Shown here piece by piece: positions 48,901 through 60,781 of a stretch of DNA of 64,000 nt. This stretch comes from Takakia lepidozioides. Lineage: Eukaryota > Plantae > Bryophyta. The notes below the pieces were generated by a model that was not told the origin of the DNA, searched no databases, and saw nothing but the letters and a program-made list of their open reading frames with translations. The position numbers and the translations under genes were made by a program. Positions within the stretch are counted from its first letter, which is position 1; every line of letters begins with the position of its first letter. The stretch lies in the NCBI GenBank assembly GCA_030704615.1, contig CM060732.1, positions 3,658,001-3,722,000 on the forward strand. The letters are read 5' to 3'.

Positions 48901-50527
48901 ATGCACATGAAGTCTGAAAGTGGGAATGCTTGCTGTGAGAAAGTTGTGGTCATAGTGGGCAAAGATGCCCAGCACATGCGCGGCTGTCTCTGCATCACCT
49001 CCAAAGAACGGAAACTTATAGCCCACTTCAATTAGCAGCACCACATCTGGGTACCTACATCACCCAATGAAACAGTCTGTCTCAGTATTTGTCCATGGGT
49101 CTATTTATTCCATGGTCATTCACAAAACTGCAAAGTGGGCCAACGATATGGAACAGATATTCTCTCTTTAAAGTAACTGCAAGTTCAAAGGGCAATAAAA
49201 CACTCCTCAAATATGAACTTGGCTAGAGAGTCCCAGAGGAATGTTCTGGCTATTAGGAAGAGGGTATGTACCTGGCCTTGAGTTCCACCACTTGCTGCTC
49301 AAGAGGGGTGTAAGTCACTTTTCCCAAGGACGGCTTTCCATACCAGGCCTCCTGCACCACACCATTCTGGTCGCTGCGGGCCAATAACTTTTCAACGAAC
49401 TTCTTGTGCCGGACTGGATTAGAAGCAGGGACGGAGACCTGATTGATACTCTGAACTGAGGGTTTCTTGCGTACTTTGACTGGGTTGGCAGAAATCTGCA
49501 GGGACATATCTGGTTCTCCTGAAGGACAACCATTGAGGGAGTCAAAGGTATCTCCTCCTGGCTTGTGAAGTCTGGTTTCCAGCTCCTTAGAAGCTTTGTC
49601 CAGTACATTACAGTTGCTGACTCCAGTGTCCACCTCTCTCTGCTCCTTGACTATGTTGTTGAAGTCACATGGATTGGGCTGTGACAATAGCTCGCTATCA
49701 GTTTTCGAGTTCTTAATATCCTCAGTTCCTGTACCCTGAGTAGCTCCATCAGATAGAGGTCTGTTGGAAAGAGTACATTTCTTGTGACATGGAATAGCTG
49801 TTGAATCGACGTCACCCTCCCTCCCACCTGCATTATACTTGATGGTCAAGATACACAAATTTAATTGTTCCTGCTTTCCAAGCATACCCAGGCATACACA
49901 GTTAAAAATGTAGTCATTATGGAGCAGGACTAGAGTGGTTGCCCCTTCCCTCCGTGCTCCCCCAAGCCATAGTCAGAGATTGAAACACACCTGTTAAGAC
50001 CAAGCTGACTCTCCCAAGAACGGCAAGCTCACTTCTCCTCATCTCCTCTCCTCCTCCTCTTCTCCTTCGTGCATCATTTTCTCAATGCCTCCATCTCACG
50101 CCCCTGCATATCCTGCTATCATCGCGTTCCATCCCTCGGCTATGTGGTGTGGCGCAGGAGACAAAAAAACGCCAAGTCCCAGCCCTCCTTTCTGTTCACT
50201 GTGCCTTCAAAATGACACGTGTAGTGATGTAGTCGTATAAATAGAGCTGTGAAACCATCTTCAGTCATGGAGTCATAAGATTCCATGAAACGTTGTCCAC
50301 GTGTAGTCAAACATATCACACTAGTCATATAAACCATCCCTGTCATCATGGTCAACAATTTTTGACCAATGCTCCCTAACTTTCCGGAGTCATGTAGTGA
50401 TATCCATTACTACAAAGTCATAAAACTATGACTGCAATGCATTTCAGCGCTCTGTAGTCATCTACCTAGTGCAGTTTTTATGACTCCGCCAAAGCCGTAG
50501 TCCTAAAAACGCTCATCTCTTGTAGTG
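45963..50527. mobile_element. Non-autonomous Pack-CACTA element nested in the retrotransposon leader
   Basis: TIRs CACTACAACATATGAGCGTTTTTATGAC and (reverse complement) CACTACAAGAGATGAGCGTTTTTAGGAC. 3-bp TSD ATG (45960-45962, 50528-50530). ATGACTAC/GTAGTCAT subterminal repeats. No transposase. Confidence 0.95.
47700..49885 (-). pseudogene. MSH3: Captured 5' portion of mismatch-repair gene MSH3 (MutS domains I-II and the start of III), with introns
   Basis: YTPLEQQVVELKAR|YPDVVLLIEVGYK...ASIPTFRLHVHVRRLV..GYKVGVVRQTET. Exons 49885-49272, 49054-48394, 48264-48067 and 47964-47800 with GT-AG introns. Premature TAG at 48664. No ATPase half. Confidence 0.92.
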
Positions 50528-50729
50528 ATGGCAAGAGCAGGGCTAGAACAGGAGCTAAGAGGTGCGGCAAGGCCATGGAATGTGCACCTAGGGTTTTAGA
50601 GCTTGGAAGAAGAGCTCTTGCACCACAAGAGGAGTGTCTTGTGGCTGGAAATGTAAGCCTTAGGGTTTCATGAGCTTGGCAAAGGCTGTGGAGTGCTTAG
50701 TCTTGTCTTAGAGAGCATCAAGGAGCCAA

Positions 50730-51190
50730 GGAGCCAAGATAGGGGGCTGATACCTCTTGTGTGAAGAGGTTGCATGTGTGGAGCATGTATTCAACTCATT
50801 GAAGCTTCCATTTTCAAGCTTGGAGGGCAAGCAAGGAAGAGGGAAGGGCTGACTTCCCTTATGTGAGGGCAATGCATGTGTGGAGCATGCTTTCGGTCTG
50901 TTGAAGGCTTGTACTTTCAAGTTTGGGAGTGCAAGAAAGGAAGGAAGGGGCTGGTTTCCCTGTAGGGCATGTGTGGAGCATGCTTCCAGCCCGCTCAAGT
51001 GTGTATTTTCAGGTTGGTGGGTGCAAGAAAGAAAGCAAAGGGGCTGATTCTCTGGTGGTCAGAGTGGGGCATGTGTGGAGCATGCCTTTAGTCCATTGGG
51101 ATTTTGTTTTCAAGCTTTAGAAAACTAGAAGAGAAGGTAAGGGGCTGATTTGCTCTTATGTGACAGTCCGACACTTGTAGAGCGTGTTCT
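50730..51190 (+). repeat. ~100-110 bp degenerate tandem repeat in the retrotransposon leader
   Basis: GGGGCTG...GCATGTGTGGAGCATG...TTTCAAG occurs about 4-5 times. Confidence 0.8.
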
Positions 51191-51589
51191 GAGTTGGGGT
51201 TTCGACCTCAAGCCTAGATAGAGCATGGCTCTTGAAGTGGCAGATGTAGGGGGCTGGAATAGGCTCTAAGACAGATGCTATGGCCAAGGGAAACGCTTGA
51301 ATGAGTGCTCATAAGGGCTGGAAACCAGCAAGGCTTGGTTGTTTGCCATTGAGTTTAGTGGCGTGTTTGGGGAGTCTAAGTGAGAAAGAAGGCTTGGTTT
51401 GTGGCAACCATCTTCCTCATGGCTTAGGGCTACTATTGGTGGTGTGTGGGAGCCAAAATAGCAAGAATACCTTGCTGATTTCTTCACAGCCGCCATAGCT
51501 CGGTGCAAAGAAGCCTAAAGTCCAAGAGACACAAACCCTAGCTTGGCGTGGCTAAACCACTTGGAGAAATGGCTAAACTGTCATGAGTG

Positions 51590-52330
51590 GCATGTGGGGC
51601 TGTGACAGGCTGTGCCATGTGGCCTGTGGGGCTATGACGGGCTGTGACAGGCTGTGCCCAATGGCCTGTGGGGCTGTGAGGGGCTGTGAGGGGCTGTGAC
51701 AGGCTGTGCCCTGTGGCCTGTGGGGCTGTGACGGGCTGTGACAGGCTGTGGCGAGCTATGACGGGCTGTGAGGGGCTGTGGCCTTTGGGGCTGTGACCCA
51801 TGTGACCTGTGTAGGGCTGTGACAGGCTGTGACAGGCTGTGCCATGTGGCCTGTGGGGATGTGACAGGCTGTGGCGGGCTGGGACAGGCTGTGCCCTGTG
51901 GCATGTGGGGCTGTGATGGGCTGTGACACGCTGTGCCCTATGGCCTATGGGGTTGTGAGAGGCTGTGGCCTTTGCGGTTGTGACCCTGTGACCTTTGTAG
52001 GGCTGTGAGAGGCTGTGCATGTGGCCTTTGGGGTTGTGATGGGCTGTGATAGGCTGTGACATGTGGCCTTTGGGGCTGTGACGGGCTGTGATAGGCTGCG
52101 GCCTGTGGGGCTGTGACCCTGTGACCTGTGTAGGGCTGTGACAGGCTGTGGCCTGTGTGGGGCTGTGACGGGGCTGTGATAGGCTGCGGCCTGTGGGGCT
52201 GTGACCATGTGACCTGTGTAGGGCTGTGACAGGCTGTGGCCTGTGTGGGGCTGTGACGGCTGTGACCAGTGAGCTATGTGGGCCTGTGCTGGTCTGTGGT
52301 GGCCCGTGTTGACCTGTGGACGGCCTGTGC
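51590..52330 (+). repeat. GGCTGTG(AC)-based minisatellite in the retrotransposon leader
   Basis: Dozens of GGCTGTG/GGCCTGTG variants with strong G/T strand bias. Confidence 0.9.
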
Positions 52331-53001
52331 TGACTCGTGGAGGCACTGGTGGACTGCCTAAGGACTGGCATGAGGTCTTGAAGGCGAATTTTGAAGCTCG
52401 TGGAGGGCGGTTTGAGGAGTATCTTCATGATATTCCCATCGTCATGCAAGTGAGGGAAAAGAGAAGAGGAAGAGTGTTGGGATGAGGGCATGCTGGGGTT
52501 AGGCATTGCTTTAGCTTCTCTTCCTCGTAGTTTCCACCCTCTCATTAGGCCAAGACCTTTCCGTAGGTGGAGGCAAGAGTCAGTCCGGGTTTGGGCTGGG
52601 GTGTCCTTGCAGGAGCAACACCGTGGAGTTGTTTTTGGTGTGGGGAGTTGTCGTTCTGATTTCTTGTGTTTGGATCCCCTCCATACCTGCATGCTTGACT
52701 GTGCGCCATGCTAGTTTTGTGTGGGCGCTTGTTTTTATAGGTGATTGGTCCGGATTTGATCACCGGCCAGTCCTAGAGCATGCTGTCAATGGTGAGGTTG
52801 GGGTGATGACCAGCCAGACCATCATTGTTTCTCTTGTGGTGAGGTTGGAGGTGATGACCAGCCAACCATAGGAGTGCTTGCGGTGGATGCAGGTACAAGT
52901 GTAGGCTATGTTAGGAACTTAGTATTCCAAACCATAAGCCGCAACAGGTTCTCTACCCGGTTACCTTGTGGAGAGGGGGTTAGGGACATGTTCATGACCG
53001 G

Positions 53002-55580
53002 TTGAGTGTCAACATGGAGGTGCCACTAGTTGCTGGGGACAGTGCCGGTTCGAGCACTAGCGATACTAGTGGGTACACGAGACGAGGTGTGCAGTTTAGG
53101 CCACCTTCACCTCCTGTGTCTTCTACGGAAAGTTCTGATTCGGATTGTGAATCAGGAGGACTCATACCGGCGGTGCAAGTTGTTTCCTTGCCATTGTTGT
53201 GGGACATAATGGAGGAGATGTATGGAGCTACCAAGGGGCCACGAAGGTACTCTGGGGCGGTGGGCACCATCGAGTTGGATGATTTTATCCAAGAGTTTGA
53301 TAGTTGGTGTGATTTGCAGCAAATGTGCAATCCACAACTATTTACGCCTTTCATGGCATGGAAGGGGCTGTTTCAGCACCTTGAGGGGCCGCCTATGGAT
53401 GATTACCATGAGTTCAGGCGGGGGCATGAGGTTGAGATTGAGGAGTGGAGGATGTACTGGTCACCCGACTATGTCTCCATCACTAGGGGAACTAGAGTCA
53501 CGAGGGCAGTGGCTACACCTGCCGCTGCATCGGCAGCTTCAACAAGCAGCAGTAGGACTAGTAGGACTGGTGGTACCGTAGCTACGACGTCCACCCAAGC
53601 CACTACCGCACCAGCACCAGTACCCGTGCCTGCCTTCAACCCTATTGTGGAGTTCTTCGAAGAGTTGAGATGGAACTACCAAGGGGTGAGGACAGTGAAG
53701 TTGCGGAGCTTGCAAGAGTTCCAACGGAAGCCTACTGAGAGCTTGAGGGAGGCTTTCACTCGCATGAGGCGCTTGATAAATGTAACCCAAGGGGTTACGG
53801 AAGCTCAGGCAGTCCAATTCTGGTATGGGATATTGGACAAGGAGTTGAGGAGAAGGGTGCGGGATGCAACTCTCCTACAAGCGGCCCAACCCACCTTAGC
53901 AAATGTGTTTTTGCTGGCAGAGCGGATAGAGCTCAACATGGTGGAAGAACGGGTGGTCCGGGTGGGATTTGCTAAGGAGACACCATGGGGTAGTGGTGCT
54001 CCTAGCCAACCACTACCTCAACGTGCTCAAGGCAACAATGGGGCTCAGGTGAAGCTCAAGGAAGGGCAGAGAGGACCTCAGATGCAGGGGTCTCTCCCTT
54101 CATTTGCAGGCCAACAACGGGCGGATGTGGTGTGTTGGACATGTGGAGGACCCCACGTCAAGAAGGATTGTCCAGAGGGAGGCAAAGGGCCGGCACATGC
54201 ACAGCCTGCACAGTTGCAGTGTGGGCATTGTGGCAAGCACGGGCATGGAGAGGCCCAGTGTTATGGTTTGCATCCCGAGTTGCGCCCAGGCCAGTTCCAA
54301 GGGAACAATGATGGCCGGGGGCGATGGGGAGCAGCCCAAAGAGGACGAGGTGGCCAAGCACGGGGTGTAGGCCAAGGGCAAGCTCAACATGGCCAAGGAC
54401 GCAGAGGTCAGGGTGTTGACCAAGGCATGGCCAACCGGCTTCAGCAGCTAGAGCAGAGGCTCGCTGCCATGGCTACAGCTCAGGTGGTACCGGCTCCAAG
54501 GCTGGATGGTCCACCTCCTGCTCCTGAGGGAGAAGATATGGGAGACATGGGATTCATGTGCGGAGCAGCACTACCACTAGTGCAGCTGGAGTCTGATGCA
54601 GCTGTGACTCAAGGAGCAGCACGAGTTCCTGAGCCACGAGGTGCAGAGGTGGAGTTGGATCCACAACGTGAGGAGGCAAGCCGTCAGGCTAGGCTCCCTC
54701 AGTCATTCATATTGGCGGAGACAGTGTCGACGCCATCCATGGCACCTAGTTCTCGTCCGACTGTTACCGAGGCGGAGGTTACTATGCCATTGGGGAGAGC
54801 TACACGGGTAGCACCACTACCTAGTGTTGCCAAGGCTACGGCAGCTAGTGTGCTACTAGGAGCGGCCACATCTGTGTGCCAGGCTCCATTGTTCTCGGCT
54901 ACCATGATTGCGACGCCGGGGGTAAGACCAGCTGAGGTGTTCAGGCTGGCAGCTACACTCTGTGAGAGTGGGGAGATTACTTCATCTTCTGCGGAGATAG
55001 TGGGAGGTGTAGTGCCGGAGGGATCCTCGGATTTGAGGGTCAAGACTGCCACGGCGGCGCCATGGCAAGCTGCAGCTGCCAGGTTGATGGAGCTGCTAGC
55101 CAGGCCAGCCATTGAGCGTGCCATGGTGACACCTGGAGTTGTCATGTTGGACAACCAGGATGACATTTTCTGTTTGAGTGGATCGGCAGGCAAGAGGTAT
55201 CGGCCACTGCGGGTCTTGTTGGACTCAGGAGCTCAGCCATTGATGCTGGGCAGAGCTGCTATTATAGGCTTGGGCCTCACGGAGGCGGATATGGAGCCTT
55301 GTCCTTTCCAGATATAGACGTCTCTGGGAGGATCGGAGCAGGCTCGGGGCATGACACGGCGTGAGTTGGCTATCAGACTACGGCCGGATCACCCTACAGA
55401 TGGCTCAGTGATGCGAGCCAAGGCCATGTGACAGACGCGGTCTCATACGATGTCCTGGTTGGTGGGGCAGGGTTGTACCCCATGGGCTTCACCCTGGATT
55501 TTTGGGAGGAGTCAGCTTCCTATAGGCCTGCATGGCAGTCAGGGGAGGGCCGGCGTGTGCAGCTCCCTGTGACGTTTATA
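53002..55580 (+). pseudogene. gag (two zinc knuckles) plus aspartic protease
   Basis: 771-aa ORF with CWTCGGPHVKKDC, CGHCGKHGHGEAQC and VLLDSGAQ. The protease continues past a TAG at 55315 to YDVLVG. Confidence 0.9.
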
Positions 55581-55930
55581 GGATGAGTTGCGGTTGCCCA
55601 GCGGGGCAAGATGCCGACACTAGCAGCATTCACAGCTGTAGTGAGTTGGCCTAGAGAGTTGCTTGAGGGAAACGCTCATTCAGAGGATGTGCCACCTCCG
55701 GGAGAGCAGGATGACATGTATGGTATGGCGGAGTTGCCTACCATGGTTGCTCAGACTCCATTGTGGGGCACGGGCAAGGATTTGCAGCGGGATGCTGATC
55801 GACGGGTGCAACAAGCTGGGTGGAGGCTTTTGTACCGTCAGGAGAGGAGGAGAGTGCGGGGATTGCACCAGGACCACCTCAGTTGTCTCCATTGGACACC
55901 ACACCTATTGTGTGGCAGTATCCGGATGAA

Positions 55931-56850
55931 GACATTTGTCTTCTGGACTGTTTGGCGGGATCAGCACCGGATTGGCTGCTGTGTTACAGGCAGGTGTATG
56001 AGTTTGGCGTTACCTATATGTGGAGAGGGATGAGACTGCACGACGCGTTTGTTGCTCAGTTGGTGCAGCGGTACCCTGAGTTGTTGACGGTGTCTACAGT
56101 TCGTGGATATCAGCAGGCCTTGCCAGCAGACATTTCGTTGCTGGGGACGCAGGATTTGGAGCGGTTGGCTCCATTGATCTGGTAGTGGCAGGTTGGCCCT
56201 GCCAAGGGCATTCATCAGCCGGGCATGACAATGGATTGCGAGACTTGAGGTCGGGTCTGTTTTGGGAGATGGTGCGGGTTTTGCGCCACTTGCAGCTTCA
56301 TCAAGCTGTATCTCCAGCATACATCTTGGAGAATGTGCCACTGATGGGCGATTCTCGAGCCAGGGTGATGGCCAGTGTGCATCAAGTCCGGTCGTGGCTT
56401 GGGTCAGCAGTGTTGCTAGATGCAGCTACAGTGGGGTCACGGGCTCATCGTCCATGGCTATGGTGAACTAACTTGATGCCACCTGCACTGCTCAAGCGTG
56501 CATTTGATGGGGTGCAGTGGCCAGCACATCTCACAGTGGATAACATTCTGGACACAGGGAGGCAGTCTCAGCGTGGGAGACACGATGACCGTTCGCCTTT
56601 GGCAGTGGTCAACAAGGTGGGTCAACCACGAGCAGCATTACCTACACTGCTCAGCTTCCCAGGATCCCATGCTTTCCGGGATAGTGGACCAGGCCTCCAG
56701 TAGGATGCTCAGTTGCAGCAGTTAGTGGAGCCTAATGCTGACGAGCGTGAGCGGGCAATGAGTTTTACCACTGGTACCACGGCGGTGTCGTCTCTTTCTG
56801 AGGCATCACATCGTCAGGTGTTGGGGCAAGCAATGGATCTCAATTGCTTG
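55931..56850 (+). pseudogene. C5-cytosine DNA methyltransferase domain (DNMT3/DRM-like motif style) within the pol region
   Basis: Motif I ICLLD/LFGGISTG (frameshifted), II YVERD, IV AGWPCQGHS, RSGLFWE, VI YILENV, VIII AHRPWLW, IX ERERAMSF and X RQVLGQAMD. Confidence 0.9.
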
Positions 56851-57334
56851 ACCTGGATTATCAGCTTGGCTATGGCTGAGCAACGCAGAGTGCGGAGTAC
56901 ACTTCCCTCGATGGTCTCTCTGCCTACCGAGACGGTACAGGTAGTGAGTGGGGACGAGCATGTGAGGACCACGGGGTGCAAACATCCATGGCACACATGG
57001 GAGGTGCTCGAGGTCCAGAGGGAGTTGGCAGCCAAGGCGGCTGTGATGGATGAGGTTGGGGATTCTTCCGGGTTGAGGAGGTCCTCAAGGATGAGATGAT
57101 GGGGCAGGATGAGGCCTTGTCATTGACTGAACAGGCAGGGAGTACTGCTCAAGAGGTTGCGGCATAGCAACCACGGGACGCGTCCTCTACCTCTAAGTCT
57201 GGTGGACTTAAGGTTGCAGTTACGAAGGGCAATCGGGAGCCTGACATTCGACCTACTGTCACTAGAGAAGAGAGACGACGTATACGGCGGTTCCTGAGGC
57301 TTACAGGAATTGCTTTGCCTCTCGTGCTATGTGG

Positions 57335-58419
57335 TGTATCCTTTACCAATCATGGGATTGGGCTACAGGTGGAGTCTTGACTTCGCAGGACCGTTGCCAC
57401 AAACTATGCGCCACCACAGATATGTGTTGGTGATGGTGGAGCACTTCTTCAAGTGGATTGAGTTGGTTCCATTGCCTGACAAGGCTAGTGAGGGGGTTGC
57501 GTATGCATTCTTGGATCGTGTGCTTAGCCGATTTGGTGCTCCGGCTGAGGTACTCACGGACCAAGGGAGAGAGTTCTTGGGGGAGTTTCAGGCTTTGTGT
57601 GATAAAGCCTTGATAGACCACCGCACCACTTATCGGGATCATCGTGAGGCCGATGGCTTGGCAGAGAGAGTTGTTCAGACTGTGAAGAGGGGTTTGCGTA
57701 AGTATGGCTTGCAGAAGGGACACCTATGAGATTGGGATCTTCAGGTTCCTTGGTTAGCCATGGGCTACAGGTTCAGCAAACAAACATCACTTGCCTCCTT
57801 CTCACCATATTTCTTTCTCTTTGGCCGAGAGCCGGATTTGCCTGCAGCCATTTGTAGGGACACTGCTCAAGTCCTTAACCTTGACGATCCGGACGTGTGG
57901 GTACGTGCATGTGATCAGCGTGCAGAGTTGTTCAAGAAAGTCATGCCCATGGCTTTTGAGAACCTTGCCATTGCACAGCACCGTGATACGTTGAGGTATG
58001 CCACTATACGTAGTGGAGGATATCGTCCTGGGGTTCGGAGGTTTAGCCCTGGTGACTATGTTTATTTGCAGCAGACTGCTCCTACGACTTTGGATGTTAC
58101 TGCAGGGCGTGTTATTCTGAGGGTTCAAGAGGTGTTGCCCTCAGGGGTCCTGATCTTGGAGGGTTGGGATGGCATGACTTGGAAGGACCATGTGCGTAAT
58201 TGTGCGCCATGTCACCTTCCCAATGTCGATGGCAGAGTTGACCCAAACTTGGCAGTGATACTTGCAGGTTTGAGGTGCATGCTTTGTGGGTCTGCCAAAG
58301 GGGCAGCCACTATGCTGGTGTGTGATCGATGCTCAAGAGGTTGGCACATGGGATGCTTGACACCACCTCTTGAGAGGGTTCCTGATGGAGATTGGTTATG
58401 TCCACACTGCCTGGGATAG
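57335..58419 (+). pseudogene. DDE integrase core with a C-terminal PHD finger
   Basis: WSLDFAGP, LTDQGREF and DGLAERVVQT. PHD CMLC...CDRCSRGWHMGCLTPPL..VPDGDWLCPHC at 58276-58410. One in-frame TGA at 57727. Confidence 0.92.
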
Positions 58420-59469
58420 TGGCAGTGGATATGACTAGTGGCAGCTCACAAGACATGGGAGGCCAAGCTCATAGGAGTCAATACCCAAGATCTCATGCTC
58501 AAGTTCACAAGTTGCAAGATGGCAACTAACGATTGGGCAACTCTTGTACCCGACCTCTTGATCTATTGAGTTTGAGTGTAGTAGGGACAGTGGTGGAGGA
58601 CTTAGTGAGGCTATGGCCACTATCACATCTTGTGGCTACCTGGACTTAGAGTGACCTAAGCGCCAGCTAGGGGGGCGATTGTGATGGACTAGTGGCTGCA
58701 CTAGTGGTGGCTAGTGGTTGTCTAGTGGCAGCCTAGTGGTGCACTAGTGATAGACTAGTGTTTGGTGTACACATATGTTGTGTGGTTTGGACAACGATGT
58801 AGTTGTGTAGCGATATGTATGCGCACGACAGCTGTCAAGTTATTTTATTACTAGTGTGAAGTTAGCTAGGAAATAGCTAGCTTTTATATATTGATATTTG
58901 GGATTGACCCAAGTGTCAATCCAAGGGCCAATACATATTTGGGCACCGGGCGTTGTTATCTTCACGGCAGATCGCGGTGGGCTCATCTTTCTCGAGTTGA
59001 GCCTCATCGTGCCTAGCTATGGCGCCAAAGTGTGGATTCCCCATGGCGTGGGGTGCACTTGGCTTGATTTGTATTTGAGTGATGAGATTATATATGCATG
59101 AGTTTATGCTTCAGCTTTGTGAGCTCGCATGAGCTTGTGTTTGTATTCTTTTTCTTTATCATTGTGATGGACTAGTGGCTCCACTAGTGGTGGCTAGTGG
59201 CAGCCTAGTGGTGGACTAGTGGCTGCATTAGTGGTGGCTAGTGGCAGCCTAGTGGTGGATTAGTGGCTGCACTAGTGGTGGCTAATGACAGCCTAGTGTT
59301 GGGCTAGTGGCTGCACTAGTGGTGACTAGTGGTTGTCTAGTGGCAGCCTAATGGTGCACTAGTGATAGACTAGTGTTTGGTGTGCACATATGTTGTGTGG
59401 TTTGGACAGCGATGTAGTTGTGTAGCCATATGTATGCGCACGACAGGCCTGATAAGCTAAAAATGGTGT

Positions 59470-59725
59470 TTATGCAAAGGGAGTGTTCAACAAGATGGCT
59501 GAACGAAATGTGGTGTTGTGGAGTGCGATAATCGCATGATATGTACAGCAGGGGCAGGGCAAGGAATTGCGGCTTGGAGACCTATGAGTAAATGGTGTAA
59601 GAAGGGGTGTTCAGCCCAACCACTGCATGATGTTTGATTGCATCTATAAGGCTTTGCAGATTTAGATACTTATGCATGTCTCTTGCATATTAAGTGCATG
59701 AAGATGAGGCCCTGAAGCTGGAAAT
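59470..59725 (+). pseudogene. Short degraded PPR remnant
   Basis: AKGVFNKMAERNVVLWSAII, related to 27600-29720. Confidence 0.7.
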
Positions 59726-60504
59726 TAGCAGTAGCACGCCCACTGTCCCCTTTTTTAATTGAAAAAAAAATAAAAAATTGTTTTGAGCCATCCAAATGTT
59801 TTTGGTACCTGCGTTGTATTTGTATTATATGTTTTCTTGTATTCATAATGTATTTTCAATGAAGTGCAGCAAATCAAAACCAATATATATATATATATAT
59901 ATATAACAAAAAATGCCTCACTAATTCATGTCTCCACCATAAACATTGATTATATATGTATATATATTACATATAGATTGTAGTGAAATATACTTACTAA
60001 AATACTAGCTTTTTCATTGATTCACAGTGAACCCTGCACTATATACTGTCAATTATTCTCACTATCGATAGTCCCAATATAGTTCACAGTAAAATCTTAT
60101 ACTAAACTTCATTGCATACAATCAATTATTTTCTTTTACTAAATACAATCATAATATAATAGAACCTATAAACCACACTACTGTAAAACACCAAGTGAAA
60201 TATATAGTACTTCACTTTACAACATATCAACAAGAACATTTAATCATTTCACTAATTTGAGTGAACTAGAAATACTTCAGTCAAATATGTGACGAAAATT
60301 TCACTATATATTCATCCCAAAATCACTTACTTACTTTACTATAGTTAAACAACTGTACTCCACGTCATACATCCTCCAAGCTCGGGTGGGTCCCACCGTT
60401 TTATTGTCGCATTTCACTCTCAGATTTTGTCAGACCACTTTGATTCCTTGACTGAAACGACTCTACCATTGTCACTACTTGTCAGACCAGTTTGACTGTA
60501 GAGG

Positions 60505-60750
60505 GTGACAGTAAAAGTGTCACAAACAACTCAAATAGAGTCAAACAGAGAGTCGAAAAACCCACCTCATGTTGTAGTGATGTTTAATGCAACCAACACC
60601 AAAGGTAAGAAGAAGAGACCTCGAACTCCCGAGGTCCCATTTACCATCAATGAGGCTGCTGCAACCAAGAGAGAGAGAAGGGAGAGGGAAAAAGAGAGTG
60701 AGGCAGTGGAGGGGAAGGGGAAAGAGATAGCCAAAGAGAGGGTGCAAGAG

Positions 60751-60781
<31 letters not shown>

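Larger units (their letters stand above)
45162..59445 (+). mobile_element. Gypsy-like retrotransposon with a C5-DNA methyltransferase, PHD-integrase and split direct repeats (A...B-A-B)
   Basis: A1 45162-45488, B1 58680-58830, A2 58833-59161, B2 59163-59445. Termini TGTC...GACA. A purine tract AGGGGGG precedes B1. Coding region 53002-58419. Confidence 0.88.

Noticed and set aside
47700-49885. Functional MSH3 locus
   Set aside because: Truncated before the ATPase domain, has a premature stop, and is enclosed by CACTA TIRs and TSD.
51538-52692. 384-aa ORF on the minus strand
   Set aside because: It is the translation of the GGCTGTG minisatellite: low complexity and open only because the repeat lacks stops.
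45162-59445. Classification as a DIRS/PAT/Ngaro element
   Set aside because: No tyrosine recombinase is recognisable, while an aspartic protease and a DDE integrase are present. The deleted RT region could hide domains.
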